Virus record (IMG/VR): IMGVR_UViG_3300021399_000130
Coordinates: 26,592 to 90,591 of that record
Origin: a virus
Taxonomy: Duplodnaviria > Caudoviricetes
DNA: 64,000 bases
Direction: 5' to 3' (one strand)
In this document: in pieces, positions 28,937 through 38,320 of the stretch
How positions within the stretch are numbered: position 1 is the first letter of the stretch
How the letters are laid out: each line of letters opens with the position of its first letter
Translations under genes and position numbers: made by a program
The notes under the pieces: model-generated
What the model saw: the letters and a program-made list of their open reading frames with translations, nothing else
Database searches by the model: none
Told to the model about the DNA's origin: nothing

Positions 28937-29710
28937 TTATGACGCCAGAATTGGATATTTTGATATAATTCTGTTCCTTATGCTCTTCACTTTGTTTTCA
29001 TATGATTTGTCGGAAGCGTACCGTTTGTTCAAACCATTTACGAAGGAACCTGGTTTTAAAAGGTCATCAACAGACCTATCTCTAAGGTAATTATTCTTCA
29101 TCAAATTTATATACGGTAAGATACACGCATCCTGCGAGCCATATGTTACTACATTTTTCCCATTATCATACGAGCCAACTGAAAAGACACTATTCGTCCT
29201 TCTCGCCCTTTGGGTCAGACCGAAACAGCTTTCAAGGTGGGCCTGTGCGATTAACAGCGGAAGGTCAAAACCGGTCTGGTTACATGCCTCAATCATTGCC
29301 TCTGGACTTATTTGTATCGTCTCCGGGTTGTAATTTTGATTTTTGGCCGCCATTTCCATATAAGATTTCAGAGCTTCCACTTTTTCTTTGAAATTTGGGT
29401 CGGTCGCATCTTCTTTCATCTTATCAGTGACTTGTGTTTCTTTATTCTTTAGGTTCTTCCAAAGCGATTTAATCTTATCAAGTAAGCCACTCTGGTCGGT
29501 ATTTTCAACAGCTGGATTATTTTGTCCGAGTCTGTCAAGTATCATGGGAACAGCAGAAAAAGTTATTGTCCCAGCAAGAAGAGCAATAACTATTTTTTTA
29601 ACAATACTATTCGTATTATTCAATCCGAGAAGCGAAGAAATCAAACCCTCTTCGACAACCTCTTCCTGAACAATTTGCTTCAATTGCCCTTCTGTAAGAA
29701 TTACTTTCAT
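28937..29710 (-). CDS. Glucosaminidase (GH73-like) peptidoglycan hydrolase with N-terminal tag and hydrophobic segment
   Basis: LLIAQAHLESCFG, NSVFSVG, Y..LMKNNYL, YASDKSY; leader MKVILTEGQLKQIVQEEVVEE|G. Confidence 0.7.
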   Translation of the reverse strand: MKVILTEGQLKQIVQEEVVEEGLISSLLGLNNTNSIVKKIVIALLAGTITFSAVPMILDRLGQNNPAVENTDQSGLLDKIKSLWKNLKNKETQVTDKMKEDATDPNFKEKVEALKSYMEMAAKNQNYNPETIQISPEAMIEACNQTGFDLPLLIAQAHLESCFGLTQRARRTNSVFSVGSYDNGKNVVTYGSQDACILPYINLMKNNYLRDRSVDDLLKPGSFVNGLNKRYASDKSYENKVKSIRNRIISKYPILAS

Positions 29711-30813
29711 TACTCAAATAATTTACTCATTTCTACAAAGTTACAGATATCTGGTCCGATTGTTTCCGGATTATAAGTCTTTGCGGATACCTGCTCGTGA
29801 ATCTTCTTTAATGTGGTGAGTTCCTCTTCGTGTTTTCCATCGTCATATTTTTTGATAGCCTCGTCAAGGGAATCAACGCACTCGGTCTTTTTCTTAATGA
29901 ATACGGTTTCCTCGTCGCCGCTCCTTGCAATCTGATTGGTTAGCATGTCCTTTTCTTCCTCGTCAGTGTATTCTTCCTTACTGTACTTTGAAACAAGGTC
30001 TTCAATGGTCTTGTCGAGGTCTGTTTCCTTTTTGAAACTGTCGGCGATGTTTCCGTTCTTTTCAACGGCCTCGCGGATAACCTTAATGGCCTCACTATAC
30101 TTTACAATGTTCTTCTGACCGACTTTATTTTCAGCAATGAATTCAATCGCGCCGTCAAGTCTGTCATTCTCAGTACCAAGATATTTTCCGGCACCTTCAC
30201 CAACGACGACATATCCTTCTGCAACGATTCCGGCAAGTTTTTTCATGCCTTCGTTTAGTTCATTTTCATTTACATTCCAGTTTGTTTCGCAAAGCGTTCC
30301 GACAAAATAATCAAAATCTATGCCTGAATGGGCCTTGCGGATATTCTCATAGAGTTTATGGAGGGCAGAAAGGGATTTATTCTCTTTTATAGTAGATGCA
30401 TACTTGTTCATGACAGCTTTTCCTTCGGTCGTTTTGAAAAGTTTCGGTGAGAGGTTTTCAAAGCTCTCCTTAAGGTAGCCGAAAGTTTTTCCGCCGAGTT
30501 CTCTTGCCTCTGATATAAGGTTAAGGACCCTGCGTCTGGTTTCAAACTTTTCATTTATGCCTTTTTGCAGTTTATCCAAGTCCTCAATCGTATTTGTTGA
30601 ATGTAGAGCCTCATACAGATTTTGCTCTTCATCATTCAGTTCGTCTAAAAGCTCAATAACGTCGTCGCAAGCCGTTTCATAAGCATTGCACTGAATTTCT
30701 TTTATTATTTTAACATTTTGGTTGAGCGTATATTCATTTTTCCCAACCCTTTTAGAAGCATTATTTTTAAGGTTTTCTACCTCTTGTATGATTTTTTCAT
30801 TAATACTTTTCAT
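29710..30813 (-). CDS. Hypothetical head-associated protein
   Basis: ATG at 30813 (MKSINEK) after late motif at 30830; adjacent to portal; helical and acidic. Confidence 0.7.
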   Translation of the reverse strand: MKSINEKIIQEVENLKNNASKRVGKNEYTLNQNVKIIKEIQCNAYETACDDVIELLDELNDEEQNLYEALHSTNTIEDLDKLQKGINEKFETRRRVLNLISEARELGGKTFGYLKESFENLSPKLFKTTEGKAVMNKYASTIKENKSLSALHKLYENIRKAHSGIDFDYFVGTLCETNWNVNENELNEGMKKLAGIVAEGYVVVGEGAGKYLGTENDRLDGAIEFIAENKVGQKNIVKYSEAIKVIREAVEKNGNIADSFKKETDLDKTIEDLVSKYSKEEYTDEEEKDMLTNQIARSGDEETVFIKKKTECVDSLDEAIKKYDDGKHEEELTTLKKIHEQVSAKTYNPETIGPDICNFVEMSKLFE

Positions 30814-30850
30814 TTCTCTATTTTTACTGATAAATAGTCGGTCAAGGCCG

Positions 30851-32938
30851 TTATTCTTCGTCATCTAACAAATCTTCATCGGAAACTGTCTCACCGGAAA
30901 GGTTTTCATCGTCCTCTTCTTCATCTCCGTCTTCGAGTCCCTTAAGTACCTCGTCACGGTCACCGATAAGTTTTTCTACCTTTTCGAGAAGTGAATTTAA
31001 TTTTTCTCCTTCCTTTTCACTTTCCTCAATTATTCCGTAGGCTTCATCGCCGGATTCATCCTCTTTTTCTTTCTGTTTTTCGGTCAGCATATCAAGGTAT
31101 TGGTCAATCACGGATTTAACCATTTTTCTTCTTTCTTGGAGTGGCTGTCCGGTCGATGCTGCTGGTGCCGATGCCATGTCGGTTGAACCGGTTGCCGTGC
31201 TTCCTTCCATAGCGTCAGGTGTTCCGTCAAGGTCCATATCACCTCCAAGTACGCCACCAAGGTCACCTCCGCCTAAGGCTCCGCCGAGGCCACCACCACC
31301 TCCCATGCCGCCCATGCCCTGGTCTTGCTGGGGCTGCATTTGCTGAGGATTGTTCATTGCCTCATAATCTCCATAAATCCTATCAACAGTATCGAATAGT
31401 CCGGTCTTCTTGATTATCATAGGAGTCATCTGCAGTTCAGCCGCCATAGCCTTTTCAAGACGGATTTCACCTAGAATGTCCTTGATTTCGTTATCACTGA
31501 GTTTCAAAATGTTAGTCTGTACCCAATGGAGGGAAACCATAGGCATACCGATTCCAGGGTCAGCGAGTGCTTGAGATGCGGTTTGTATTCTCTTCCCAAG
31601 TGCATCAAGTTCAAGTGATTCAATCTGTGCCGTAGGGATATTCATTGAAAGCGAGAAGTTTGTAAGCTCTTCCTTAAAACCAAGAAGGTACAGATGAACC
31701 ATTGCCACCTTATTAAGTTCAGCGAGCACAAACTGCTGAATACCCATAATCATACGGGCAAAACGTATATCTGCAAGTGATAAGTTCTGTCCTTTACCCT
31801 GTGCGTCCTGGAAATTAATGAACTGCTTCGGAACACGGATTGCGGCAAATATCTTGTTCTGCATGTAGTTTATATCGTCCATTGAAGTGTCGTTGTGGGC
31901 CGCCTGCAATGTTTCGATAGGGGTAGGTGCAGAAGGGTCACGTACAGGGATAAAGTAATCGCTGGAGACATCAAGGAAGTTTTTTCTAAGGTCGACTTGT
32001 CCTGTCATAGGGTCGATGATTGGTGTTCTCTTGAAGTTGTTGGCGATTTCATTGACGAATGCCGGAACGTCCTTATCGTTAATTCCACCGACATAGATTT
32101 TAAACACGCGTCTTTCAATACTCTTGTCCAAACGATAGATGAGCATTGCATCTTCCATCATTGACCACATTCTCCATGCACGCCTTGCCTTATGGAGTAG
32201 TGATACACCGTACGGGAGGAAGAAAGAGTCGTTAAGGAGGCGGAAATGGGCCACCTGCCACTCACTGTAAGACGTAGCCTGATTCATTCCTGCATGTACG
32301 AATCTCACCTCGTCCGGTTTAAGGTCTTCTCCGGCACTGACAAGCTGGCCACCACCGTAATATCCACTAAGACCGCCTTCATAACGGTCAGTTTCATAAA
32401 CGGAAAGCTGTCTCCATCCTTTGATACCATCTTTGGTTACGTTGAGAAGCATATAGTGATTACCGTATTTTACCATCCCACGGGTAATCATACGGAGGGC
32501 TGTCGCCACTTGAAGTCTGTTATAGAAAAGGTCTTCCAGGATGCTCTTTATCCTTTTTGACTTTGACGAGACCTTAAGGATTTGGTTGTCGCTTGAAAGA
32601 TTGCATACCTCGTCCGCAATAATGTCCAGGGCGGTACCGATTTCTGGCACCCCGTCCATAAGGTCACAATCGCGGTACATAAGCTTGACGGCAGTATAGC
32701 TCGCGAGGCTTTCCATATTGTTTTCAATCGCCGCCCTCTGCCACTGATAAGCAAGATATTTTTCCTGCTTGTATTGATTCAGCTTCCTTTCGTATTCAGC
32801 CTTGTCGTTTGTAGCGAAAAGTATTTCATTACCCGGAAGTGTATTGGATAAGAAATCGTTGTTACCCACGGCTTCCGGTTTTGAAATACCCATAATACTT
32901 GAAAGGTTCTGAAAAATAGTCTTTCCGTTATTTGGCAT
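30851..32938 (-). CDS. Portal protein (T4 gp20-like)
   Basis: YRDCDLMDGVPEIGTALDIIADE, PYGVSLLHKARRAWRMWSMMEDAMLIYRLDKSIERRVFKIYVG, DYFIPVR, IETL, DINYMQNKIFAAIRVP. Confidence 0.92.
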   Translation of the reverse strand: MPNNGKTIFQNLSSIMGISKPEAVGNNDFLSNTLPGNEILFATNDKAEYERKLNQYKQEKYLAYQWQRAAIENNMESLASYTAVKLMYRDCDLMDGVPEIGTALDIIADEVCNLSSDNQILKVSSKSKRIKSILEDLFYNRLQVATALRMITRGMVKYGNHYMLLNVTKDGIKGWRQLSVYETDRYEGGLSGYYGGGQLVSAGEDLKPDEVRFVHAGMNQATSYSEWQVAHFRLLNDSFFLPYGVSLLHKARRAWRMWSMMEDAMLIYRLDKSIERRVFKIYVGGINDKDVPAFVNEIANNFKRTPIIDPMTGQVDLRKNFLDVSSDYFIPVRDPSAPTPIETLQAAHNDTSMDDINYMQNKIFAAIRVPKQFINFQDAQGKGQNLSLADIRFARMIMGIQQFVLAELNKVAMVHLYLLGFKEELTNFSLSMNIPTAQIESLELDALGKRIQTASQALADPGIGMPMVSLHWVQTNILKLSDNEIKDILGEIRLEKAMAAELQMTPMIIKKTGLFDTVDRIYGDYEAMNNPQQMQPQQDQGMGGMGGGGGLGGALGGGDLGGVLGGDMDLDGTPDAMEGSTATGSTDMASAPAASTGQPLQERRKMVKSVIDQYLDMLTEKQKEKEDESGDEAYGIIEESEKEGEKLNSLLEKVEKLIGDRDEVLKGLEDGDEEEDDENLSGETVSDEDLLDDEE

Positions 32939-33052
32939 ATTGTTTCTGTCTAATATATTATTCCGTTAAAATATAGCGTTTTCCTATGATAAAGGAAAGA
33001 TTACGCCTTATAGTATAAATAGTTTAAGGAATGAATAAATAAAAGGAAGCCG

Positions 33053-33283
33053 TTAAAGCTCCCTTTTCTTTTCTCCACCCCAGGTTTCTTCCTTATAGCA
33101 CTCGAAACATCCGCCAATCAAACCGTGCAATAATTGATATGGGGTTGTATAGAATATCCCGTGTTTCTGGCACCTTACTGGAAAAGTTGTTTCATACACC
33201 AGATTATGCTCCGTAACGCCAGAACAATCATACTTGCCACCATAAAGTTTTTCTGCGGCACTGATAAACTCTACCCTGGTCAT
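33053..33283 (-). CDS. Stand-alone zinc-ribbon repeat (DUF723-like) protein
   Basis: EFISAAEKLYGGKYD...C.KHG.F...P..LL.G..GC..C, one copy of the repeat found four times in 49419..50462. Confidence 0.6.
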   Translation of the reverse strand: MTRVEFISAAEKLYGGKYDCSGVTEHNLVYETTFPVRCQKHGIFYTTPYQLLHGLIGGCFECYKEETWGGEKKREL

Positions 33284-33285
33284 AG

Positions 33286-34428
33286 TTAAATCACATATAT
33301 ACCAAGTGGAACATTCTGCTGTATCTTCATCATGCTCTCGGTTATTTTTGCCTGTTCTTCAAGGTAAGCTGACGGACGCATTCTCTGGAGTCTTTCGTCA
33401 AGGGCCTTCATTGCGGCGTCCCTTTCCTTCTCGGCCTGCTGGATAAGCATCTGGTAATCCATCTGCATTTCTGCTTGTGGAATGCTTACCTTACCGCTAT
33501 ATTTACCACGAATGAGCCCCAGGGTGTTCTTTGCCTTTGCTACGAGGAGCTGACGGATTGTGGTCTTTGTTGGTCCGTTGAACATCGAATAATCCATGCT
33601 TGAAAGAGGCACCTGTTCCGGAGTGATGATTACATTACCGGCATTAGCCTTAAGACATTCCTCTTCTCCGCCGTTACTGGTGTCGTAATATGTATACCAG
33701 ACAGTACAGCCGATAAGTCCGAGGTCGTTTCCGTGGGGACCTGCATAACCGAAATTAAGTCTGCTTCCCGGGGTTGAAATAAGGTGTATGAGATGCGTTC
33801 CTTCGGGGCCTGCAGTAACCTTATATACTAAATCGCTGTGTAACAGTCTCTTCTTGTACTGAAGGTCTGTCGCCAGGTATGCAACGTCAGCGGCCGGAGC
33901 GGTATAGAAGCCACCCATAGGACCATACATACCACCATATGCACCTACACCAAGCTGACCGAGGCCGCCACCGACACCGAAATCGAGACCGCCATAGTTA
34001 GCGAACAATGCCGCATAGGTAGGGGGAGGGGATACATACATAACTTTGTTTATCGTTCTCCCGGAAGGAACCATATAGACCTGCTTACCTTTTTCAATGG
34101 TAATGAAGTCCTTCTTAAGCTCCCATGGACCCTCTTGTTGCAGACCAACCTCCTTTGAGAACCAGTTTGAAAAGTCCTTTGACATATCCAGAGTCCTGAG
34201 AGACAATGCATATGTCATATCGAGATTCGTTACATTCTTTCCGTATAATGTAGCCCACTGTACTTCCGTAAGCCAGTTCTGTACCCTTTCCGCATAATCA
34301 TCGACACAGTTTGAAAAAAGGTCACAAAGTATGTCATCTGTCAATTCTACTGAACGAACTGGCGCACCAAGCTCAGACTTAACCTTCCTGAATAAATTTT
34401 TCATTTCTTCTGTAAGTGCTACTGCCAT
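33286..34428 (-). CDS. Neck/head-completion protein (T4 gp13-like)
   Basis: N-terminal KSELGAPVRSVELTDD resembles gp13 RRLGAPIINVELTPD; C-terminal ..G..A..E...L pattern. Confidence 0.75.
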   Translation of the reverse strand: MAVALTEEMKNLFRKVKSELGAPVRSVELTDDILCDLFSNCVDDYAERVQNWLTEVQWATLYGKNVTNLDMTYALSLRTLDMSKDFSNWFSKEVGLQQEGPWELKKDFITIEKGKQVYMVPSGRTINKVMYVSPPPTYAALFANYGGLDFGVGGGLGQLGVGAYGGMYGPMGGFYTAPAADVAYLATDLQYKKRLLHSDLVYKVTAGPEGTHLIHLISTPGSRLNFGYAGPHGNDLGLIGCTVWYTYYDTSNGGEEECLKANAGNVIITPEQVPLSSMDYSMFNGPTKTTIRQLLVAKAKNTLGLIRGKYSGKVSIPQAEMQMDYQMLIQQAEKERDAAMKALDERLQRMRPSAYLEEQAKITESMMKIQQNVPLGIYVI

Positions 34429-34537
34429 ATATAGATTGATTTAAAGTCTTATTTTTGTATAAATAGTTTGTTTATTCCTTTTGAAGTTCTCAATCTTTTT
34501 TGTATTTTTTCATTGAACATTAAAAATAATAAGAATT

Positions 34538-34723
34538 ATGGGTTCTAATGCTTTTTTGTATAAAGGTGACCGTGGCATAATGTATTGCATATGCCCGAAG
34601 TGTGGCGAAACCGTGCTTGTATATCCGGAGGACGTTTCCGGTACGACAATGAACGGCGCAACGGAATATTTCGTACGTTGTGATGATTGCGGAAACTGGT
34701 TTAACACATCAGTTGATTATTAG
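34538..34723 (+). CDS. Small zinc-ribbon protein
   Basis: CICPKCGE...CDDCGNWF. Confidence 0.65.
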   Translation: MGSNAFLYKGDRGIMYCICPKCGETVLVYPEDVSGTTMNGATEYFVRCDDCGNWFNTSVDY

Positions 34724-34725
34724 TT

Positions 34726-34741
34726 TGGCACGGTTTTTGCA
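34726..34741 (+). promoter_or_regulatory. Sigma54-like promoter (perfect consensus)
   Basis: TGGCACGGTTTTTGCA matches TGGCACG-N4-TTGC(A/T), upstream of 34787. Confidence 0.55.
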
Positions 34742-34786
34742 AGATACTTTCAGTAACAAAAATAAACGGCTTAGGATATAGAAGAT

Positions 34787-35050
34787 ATGAAAAGATTAGT
34801 TTGTAAGGAGAACCCGAAGATTTACATCGTTGCACCTGACGAGAACATCTGTGAGGTTGGCGGAAACTGTTGGCAGGTAACCGGTCCGCAGCCAATAACT
34901 TATGCAAAGTGCTTCTGGGACCTGGAGGATATGCCTGACCACGAAAAGAAAATCAAGGAACTGGAGAAGATGGTTAGTGACGCTGGGTGGCAGTATGAGT
35001 ATGACCACGCTGACGACTGGAGGAGACCCACTGAAATGGGGCAGTTATAA
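34787..35050 (+). CDS. Hypothetical protein
   Basis: 87-aa ORF after promoter motif. Confidence 0.65.
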   Translation: MKRLVCKENPKIYIVAPDENICEVGGNCWQVTGPQPITYAKCFWDLEDMPDHEKKIKELEKMVSDAGWQYEYDHADDWRRPTEMGQL

Positions 35051-35071
35051 ATAACATTAAATCAACAAGTT

Positions 35072-35344
35072 ATGACTACCGACAAACAAAAGAGGGCCAT
35101 CGCGTTCTGCAACGAACAGTGTGACGAAAAGTTCACAGGAGACATCGATAATTTCGCCGAGGTATCAAAATATCTATCAACCCATCTCGCACAGGCAAAG
35201 GAACGTGGAAACAGACCCAGGTATAGCGTTACAACGCAAAGATTGCTGGATTATTCCCGTGAGGCGTTTGATGTGTTTGACCACGAATATGATAATGACG
35301 GAACCGATTGGGATTATATCGAGTCCGGATTAAGACCTTTTTAA
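35072..35344 (+). CDS. Hypothetical protein
   Basis: 90-aa ORF in operon. Confidence 0.65.
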   Translation: MTTDKQKRAIAFCNEQCDEKFTGDIDNFAEVSKYLSTHLAQAKERGNRPRYSVTTQRLLDYSREAFDVFDHEYDNDGTDWDYIESGLRPF

Positions 35345-35348
35345 AACT

Positions 35349-36089
35349 ATGTTCAGGCAAAGAAAATATATCGCGCTTCCCGTCGGTTGGAAGGAGAAAT
35401 ACGGCACAGACAAAGAGAGTGATGTGCCGAATTATGTTAAGAAAAACACAAGGGGTGCTTATTTCAGTTGCTATGATATCGTTCCATGCATGTTCAAAAA
35501 CAAGGAGGAGGCGGACCAGTTTGACAAGGAGCACCTCAAGCACTACCTTATAAGACAAAAGTTTGCTGACTGGTGGATGTCGACTGAACCGGAAATGATT
35601 GAGATTGACCCGGATACGCTTGAGGAAGTGAAGCGGGAATATATCTTATGTGCGGCAGTTTGGTATAAGGACGGCACTGAGGCACCCAGAGGACTTATCG
35701 CACAGAACATTGATACTGGGGTTGTTATAGGTCAATGGCGGCACGGGAACTGCATAAACGTCAGGTCGACTAATCCAGTATGGAACGCTAAGAAACTGAC
35801 CGAAAGGAAGCAGGAGGCCCCGATGATAACAAAGTACGAGGACACTCTGGAATATTATGATTATGTTGATGGTTTCCTTACAAGCGAGGGAAACTTCGTT
35901 GATAGGTGGCAGGGAATGAAACTTGCATATGAGGCCGGGCAGGTTAATGAAAAGCGGGCGTTTAGAAGCGAGGAAAGGATTGAGGAAGACGCGATTAGCG
36001 ATAGGGAGCTCATGGAAGGCGAACCCCAGCACAGAAGCGGAAAAATGTGTGGGAGATATAATATGATGTATAGTGAGGATTTATATTAG
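35349..36089 (+). CDS. Hypothetical protein
   Basis: 246 aa; ILCAAVWY...G.RH..C...GFLTSEG.FVDR...A..AGQ motif set. Confidence 0.75.
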   Translation: MFRQRKYIALPVGWKEKYGTDKESDVPNYVKKNTRGAYFSCYDIVPCMFKNKEEADQFDKEHLKHYLIRQKFADWWMSTEPEMIEIDPDTLEEVKREYILCAAVWYKDGTEAPRGLIAQNIDTGVVIGQWRHGNCINVRSTNPVWNAKKLTERKQEAPMITKYEDTLEYYDYVDGFLTSEGNFVDRWQGMKLAYEAGQVNEKRAFRSEERIEEDAISDRELMEGEPQHRSGKMCGRYNMMYSEDLY

Positions 36090-36091
36090 TT

Positions 36092-36964
36092 ATGAAATAT
36101 ATTACACTAAGCGAACTTTCTAAAACAATAAGGGAAAACCTATGGAAAATTCCAAGAGATATTGATTTTATAATAACTATTCCAAGAAGTGGTACTATTG
36201 CTGGGGCTATCATAAGTGAATTTTTAAATGTTCCGATGATAGAAATTGACGCATTTATAAACGGTGTTAAACCAACGGGGGGGGGGCGTATAAGGCATTA
36301 TAATAATATCCATAAAGAGAACACAAACAAAATTCTGGTTGTTGATGATACAGTATATAACGGTACTTCAAAACGCATAGCCGAAGATAAGTTAAAATAT
36401 TTTACAGATTATACATTTGTTTTCATGGCTGTCTATCAAGAGGGACCAAACAGAAACGCTGTTGATTTTTTCTTAGAAGATGTAAGTATGTATACAAATA
36501 ACTTTACTCAATTAGTTTTATATGAGTGGAATATTTTCCATCACAATGAAGACATAATGGAAAGTTGTTTATATGACATGGATGGGGTACTTTGTTTAAA
36601 TCCACCAGATGAAAGGAATGAGGAAGAATATTTAACATTCATACGTAATGCCCCACCTCTTTTTATTCCAACGGTAAAAATAGGTGGAATTGCTACATAT
36701 CGTTTAAATAAAAATAGTAAAATTACAGAAGAATGGCTTAATGAACATAATGTAAAGTACGGCACACTTTTTACTTTTAATGCAAATTCGTGGGAAGAAA
36801 GAAACGCAACTGGTGTGGGTCCGGCAGAATATAAGGCGTTTATTTATTCATCCTCTGAAAAATTCCAGCTTTTTGTAGAAAGTGACAAACAACAAGCCGA
36901 AATAATACATAAAATATCAAAAAAACCAGTATTATGCATTGAAAACAATAGATTATATGCGTAA
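36092..36964 (+). CDS. Phosphoribosyltransferase plus HAD-like fusion protein
   Basis: IPRSGTIAGAIISEFLNVP and ILVVDDTVYNGTS (PRPP loop); C-terminal CLYDMDGVLC (HAD motif I); contains a G10 tract. Confidence 0.7.
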   Translation: MKYITLSELSKTIRENLWKIPRDIDFIITIPRSGTIAGAIISEFLNVPMIEIDAFINGVKPTGGGRIRHYNNIHKENTNKILVVDDTVYNGTSKRIAEDKLKYFTDYTFVFMAVYQEGPNRNAVDFFLEDVSMYTNNFTQLVLYEWNIFHHNEDIMESCLYDMDGVLCLNPPDERNEEEYLTFIRNAPPLFIPTVKIGGIATYRLNKNSKITEEWLNEHNVKYGTLFTFNANSWEERNATGVGPAEYKAFIYSSSEKFQLFVESDKQQAEIIHKISKKPVLCIENNRLYA

Positions 36965-37130
36965 GGTAAAAAGAAAAAGGAAGGAATGTCCGTTAGAATG
37001 CGAATGGTCTCATACTGGCTATTGCCCGGCGTACTATCTACAGAACGACAATGGAGTATTAAAAATGCGACCAAAGAAAAATGCACCTTGTTATAATGAA
37101 ATTAAAGGGGATAAATTTATTAATATATGA
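36957..37130 (+). CDS. Small Cys-rich hypothetical protein
   Basis: ECPLECEWSHTGYCP...PCY; overlaps neighbours by a few nt. Confidence 0.5.
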   Translation: MRKVKRKRKECPLECEWSHTGYCPAYYLQNDNGVLKMRPKKNAPCYNEIKGDKFINI

Positions 37131-37291
37131 TTGATTGGGAACAAGTTAGAGTTGATGCAGCAATCAGCGCGATGCAAGGAGTATTGGAAAGTGGGAAACT
37201 TGGAATGGTACTTGAAGCCACCCCGGAAGTAGTTGCAAAACAATCAGTTAGATTAGCTGATGCGTTGATTAAAGAACTTAAAGGGGAATGA
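37127..37291 (+). CDS. Small hypothetical protein (54 aa, below ORF-track cutoff)
   Basis: Manual translation MIDWEQVRVDAAISAMQG...SVRLADALIKELKGE*; ATGA overlap with the previous gene. Confidence 0.7.
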   Translation: MIDWEQVRVDAAISAMQGVLESGKLGMVLEATPEVVAKQSVRLADALIKELKGE

Positions 37292-37609
37292 TATATGGGA
37301 AAAACAAAGCATAACAAGATTGCATTGAGGGTTCCCAGTGATTGCGTTACGGCCAAGGAAAGAAAGGATTACCAGGACAATGAGAAGCCGAAAAACAAAC
37401 CCGGCAAACTTTTTTATAAGTACGGGGTTAGTAACGTCGGGTGGGAAGACCATGTAGTAGGCCATCAGAGTAATGGTAGGGCTAAGAAATTGTTTAATAG
37501 GATTTTAAGGAAGAAAATTAAACGAGAAACTGGAAAACTTCTTAACGAGGAATAGTTTTGCACGGTTAGATTAGCTGATGTCTTGATTAAAAAACTTAAA
37601 GGAGAATGA
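37247..37609 (+). repeat. 45-bp imperfect direct repeat flanking gene 37295..37555
   Basis: 37247-37291 vs 37565-37609, 41/45 identical by manual alignment. Confidence 0.85.
37295..37555 (+). CDS. Small basic hypothetical protein
   Basis: 86-aa Lys/Arg-rich ORF between the direct repeats. Confidence 0.6.
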   Translation: MGKTKHNKIALRVPSDCVTAKERKDYQDNEKPKNKPGKLFYKYGVSNVGWEDHVVGHQSNGRAKKLFNRILRKKIKRETGKLLNEE

Positions 37610-38247
37610 ATAACGGTTTTATAAGGGAAGAAAACAAGCGGAGACGTTCTGATGAAACGAGGTCCGACCACGCTCACGAGATGCTTGAGAGGGTATTTTA
37701 TGGTCCGAAAACAACCGATTATCACGGAATCTATGACAAGGAAACCCAGGTAAAGGGTGTTGATTCCATCTTTACATATAACGGTAAAGAGTATCATTGC
37801 GATGAAAAGGCCGCCGTCAATTACGTAGCCAAAGGACTCCAGACGTTCTCCCTGGAACTTTCATTCATTGACAGAATGAACAAAACAGTCACGGGATGGC
37901 TCCATAAAGAAGACAACGCGACCGACTCATACTTTTTTATGTGGTTCGATAAAGATGATTATGAAATCGCGCTGGTGGAAAAGTCAAAAATTATTTCTTA
38001 TTTGAACTCATTGGGGTGGAATAAGGATAAATTGCTTAAAAAAGCCAGTTTAATCCGGGAGGGAAACGGGGGCTACCTTGGGGACATTAGGAAAAACGGG
38101 TGCAGATTTTTCTTCTCAAACTATGACTGGATGCCCGAGAGGCCCATAAATGTCCTGGTACCGAGAGAAAAACTGGTTAAAATGGCCGTTTTTGCCAAGA
38201 AATTTAAATATGAAAAGGAAGATAAAATAATTTTTGGATTAAAATAA
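37606..38247 (+). CDS. Hypothetical protein, possibly PD-(D/E)XK nuclease-like
   Basis: QVKGVDSIF...CDEKAA motif is suggestive only. Confidence 0.5.
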   Translation: MNNGFIREENKRRRSDETRSDHAHEMLERVFYGPKTTDYHGIYDKETQVKGVDSIFTYNGKEYHCDEKAAVNYVAKGLQTFSLELSFIDRMNKTVTGWLHKEDNATDSYFFMWFDKDDYEIALVEKSKIISYLNSLGWNKDKLLKKASLIREGNGGYLGDIRKNGCRFFFSNYDWMPERPINVLVPREKLVKMAVFAKKFKYEKEDKIIFGLK

Positions 38248-38320
38248 GTTTGGCACAGTTTTTGTAATAGTATAGTTGTATTTGTTTTTTTGAAATAGTT
38301 TTTGTATACTATTTATAGTA

